From NCBI GenBank assembly GCA_963708075.1, contig OY970194.1:3552001-3616000 (forward strand): DNA of 64,000 nucleotides, written 5' to 3'. A program made the position numbers and the translations under genes. Origin of the DNA: Sedimentisphaerales bacterium (GTDB lineage Bacteria > Planctomycetota > Phycisphaerae > Sedimentisphaerales > Anaerobacaceae). Position 1 is the stretch's first letter; each line of letters opens with the position of its first letter. Shown piece by piece: positions 62,597-64,000 of this stretch. The notes under the pieces were generated by a model that saw only the letters and a list, made by a program, of their open reading frames with translations, was not told where the DNA came from and did no database searches.

Positions 62597-64000
62597 CTAT
62601 TTGGATCGCTTGGCCTTTTTCGGATTGTAGTCAGGATTGGGGGACATGCTCTGCGCGCCGACGTCGTATCGCCACAGTTCGAGCATGCGGCGCATCTGCT
62701 CGGCCTTCGCCGGCATCCTGGTCGCAAGATTATTCCGCTCGCCGGGATCATCCTTGAGGTTGTAGAGTTCGAGACGGTGCCGGTCGGCGTGGACGCTCGG
62801 GTCGAGCCATTCGATGAGCTTGTAATCCCCCACTCGCACGGCCCCGCACGGCCCGATGCTGCTGCCGTGATAGTGGGGATAATGCCAGTAGATCGCCGGG
62901 CGATTCGATAAGCCGCTCCCGGTCAGCAGCGGCCGAAGGCTGACGCCGTCGATCGGGCCTTTGCCGGCCTCCTTCGCCTGGAGGACGTCACGGAAGGTCG
63001 GGAAGAAATCCGTACTAATCACCGGTTCGCTGCAGGTGTTTCCAGGCTTGACGACGCCGGGCCAGCGGACAATCAAGGGGACACGGATGCCGCCCTCGTA
63101 GAGATTGGCCTTGCCGCTTCGACGAGGAGTCTGCTGCGCGTCCGCTTCGAGCCCGCCGTTATCGGAGAAGAAAATGACGATCGTGTCGTCCGGGAGCTTG
63201 AGTTCCTCCAGTTTCCGGAGCACCCTGCCGACGCTTCCGTCCAGTTCCTCCATCATGGCCGCAATGACGGGGTTGTTCTCCGGCCGGTCCGCGCCGGGCC
63301 TGGCTTTGTGCTTCTCCACAAGGCGCGCCTTGCTCATGATCGGCGCGTGGATGCTGTTGTGGGCCATGAGCAGAAAGAACGGCTCGTCCCTCTTCGCTTG
63401 GAGAAAGGCCAGCGACCTCTGCGTGATCTCCTCAACGTGGTGTGCATCCGTTTCCGGGTCCTGTTTCGACGACGGCTTCTCGCAAATGAACGTTTCGTCG
63501 AAGCCTTGCTTGTCGGGATCGTATGGTGCGCTGGCCGGCGGCAGTTTGGCCGTGCTCAAATGCCACTTGCCGAAACTGGCCGTGACATAGCCCTGTTCTT
63601 TGAAGAGTTCCGCAATCGTGAATTCCTCCAACGGCAGAAACTTCTGCCAGTCCGGCTGCAGCAGCCTCTCGTACGGGAAGTCGCCCCCGGCGATGAAATC
63701 GGTGATATGCAGCCGGGCCGGGTACTTGCCCGTCATGATGCTCGCGCGCGTCGGCGAGCACACCGGACACGCCGCGTACGCATCCGTGAACCTCATCCCC
63801 TCGCGAGCCAGTCGATCGATGTTGGGCGTCTCATAGAACCCGTTCCCATAGCACCCCACCTGCGCCCAGCCCAAATCATCCGCCAGAATGAACACCACGT
63901 TCGGCCTTCTCTTAGCCCCCGCGCCTGCGCGCACCACGCTGCCAAGTCCGGACAACATGGCCCCCGCAACGCCGAAACCCATGGATAGAACGAACTCACG
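62597..64000 (-). CDS. Formylglycine-dependent sulfatase (family S1); N-terminus lies beyond the window
   Basis: PNVVFILADDLG, CSPTRASIMTG, GKWHL, SDNG, YEGGIRVP. The frame stays open to the edge as REFVLSMG, probably part of a Tat signal. Confidence 0.95.
   Translation of the reverse strand, partial: REFVLSMGFGVAGAMLSGLGSVVRAGAGAKRRPNVVFILADDLGWAQVGCYGNGFYETPNIDRLAREGMRFTDAYAACPVCSPTRASIMTGKYPARLHITDFIAGGDFPYERLLQPDWQKFLPLEEFTIAELFKEQGYVTASFGKWHLSTAKLPPASAPYDPDKQGFDETFICEKPSSKQDPETDAHHVEEITQRSLAFLQAKRDEPFFLLMAHNSIHAPIMSKARLVEKHKARPGADRPENNPVIAAMMEELDGSVGRVLRKLEELKLPDDTIVIFFSDNGGLEADAQQTPRRSGKANLYEGGIRVPLIVRWPGVVKPGNTCSEPVISTDFFPTFRDVLQAKEAGKGPIDGVSLRPLLTGSGLSNRPAIYWHYPHYHGSSIGPCGAVRVGDYKLIEWLDPSVHADRHRLELYNLKDDPGERNNLATRMPAKAEQMRRMLELWRYDVGAQSMSPNPDYNPKKAKRSK

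Noticed and set aside
1..64000. CRISPR array, tRNA or rRNA genes
   Set aside because: No regularly spaced repeat-spacer units or recognisable tRNA/rRNA motifs were seen by eye; the short tandem repeats lack spacers.

Overview
GC-rich bacterial chromosomal window. The gene repertoire (GLUG-repeat protein starting YSGGTGEPNDPYQIAT, CotH/lamin-tail giants, DUF1573-like protein, zinc-ribbon SpoVG) suggests Planctomycetota, probably Phycisphaerae/Sedimentisphaerales; this is inference. In order, it holds housekeeping genes (maf, amrA, dedA, ispE, spoVG) and a FlgM-like gene behind a sigma28-like promoter. Next is a near-complete type II secretion cluster (gspC-M), preceded by a tetraheme cytochrome gene, and a GLUG-repeat gene split by an intact IS630. 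Then come rpmE-prfA, an archaeal-type adenylate kinase/N-deoxyribosyltransferase fusion, an orphan SIR2-like gene, MNT, a DUF6504-like gene, and deoC-pabB-pabC-nif3-scpB. The last third is a glycan/amino-sugar locus (esterase, heparinase-like protein, nagB, atypical GHMP kinase, nagA, double GH95), two paralogous lamin-tail/CotH surface proteins and a sulfatase. Several REP-like palindromes and 7/9-bp intergenic tandem repeats are present; no rRNA, tRNA or CRISPR array was seen. The best candidates for new biology are the kinase-glycosidase fusion near deoC and SIR2, an HTH-bearing pseudopilin, a tandem GH95 with different specificity residues, and three frameshifts at the same GAGACC motif that may reveal DNA methylation. 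Family assignments come from motif recognition only; no database searches were run.
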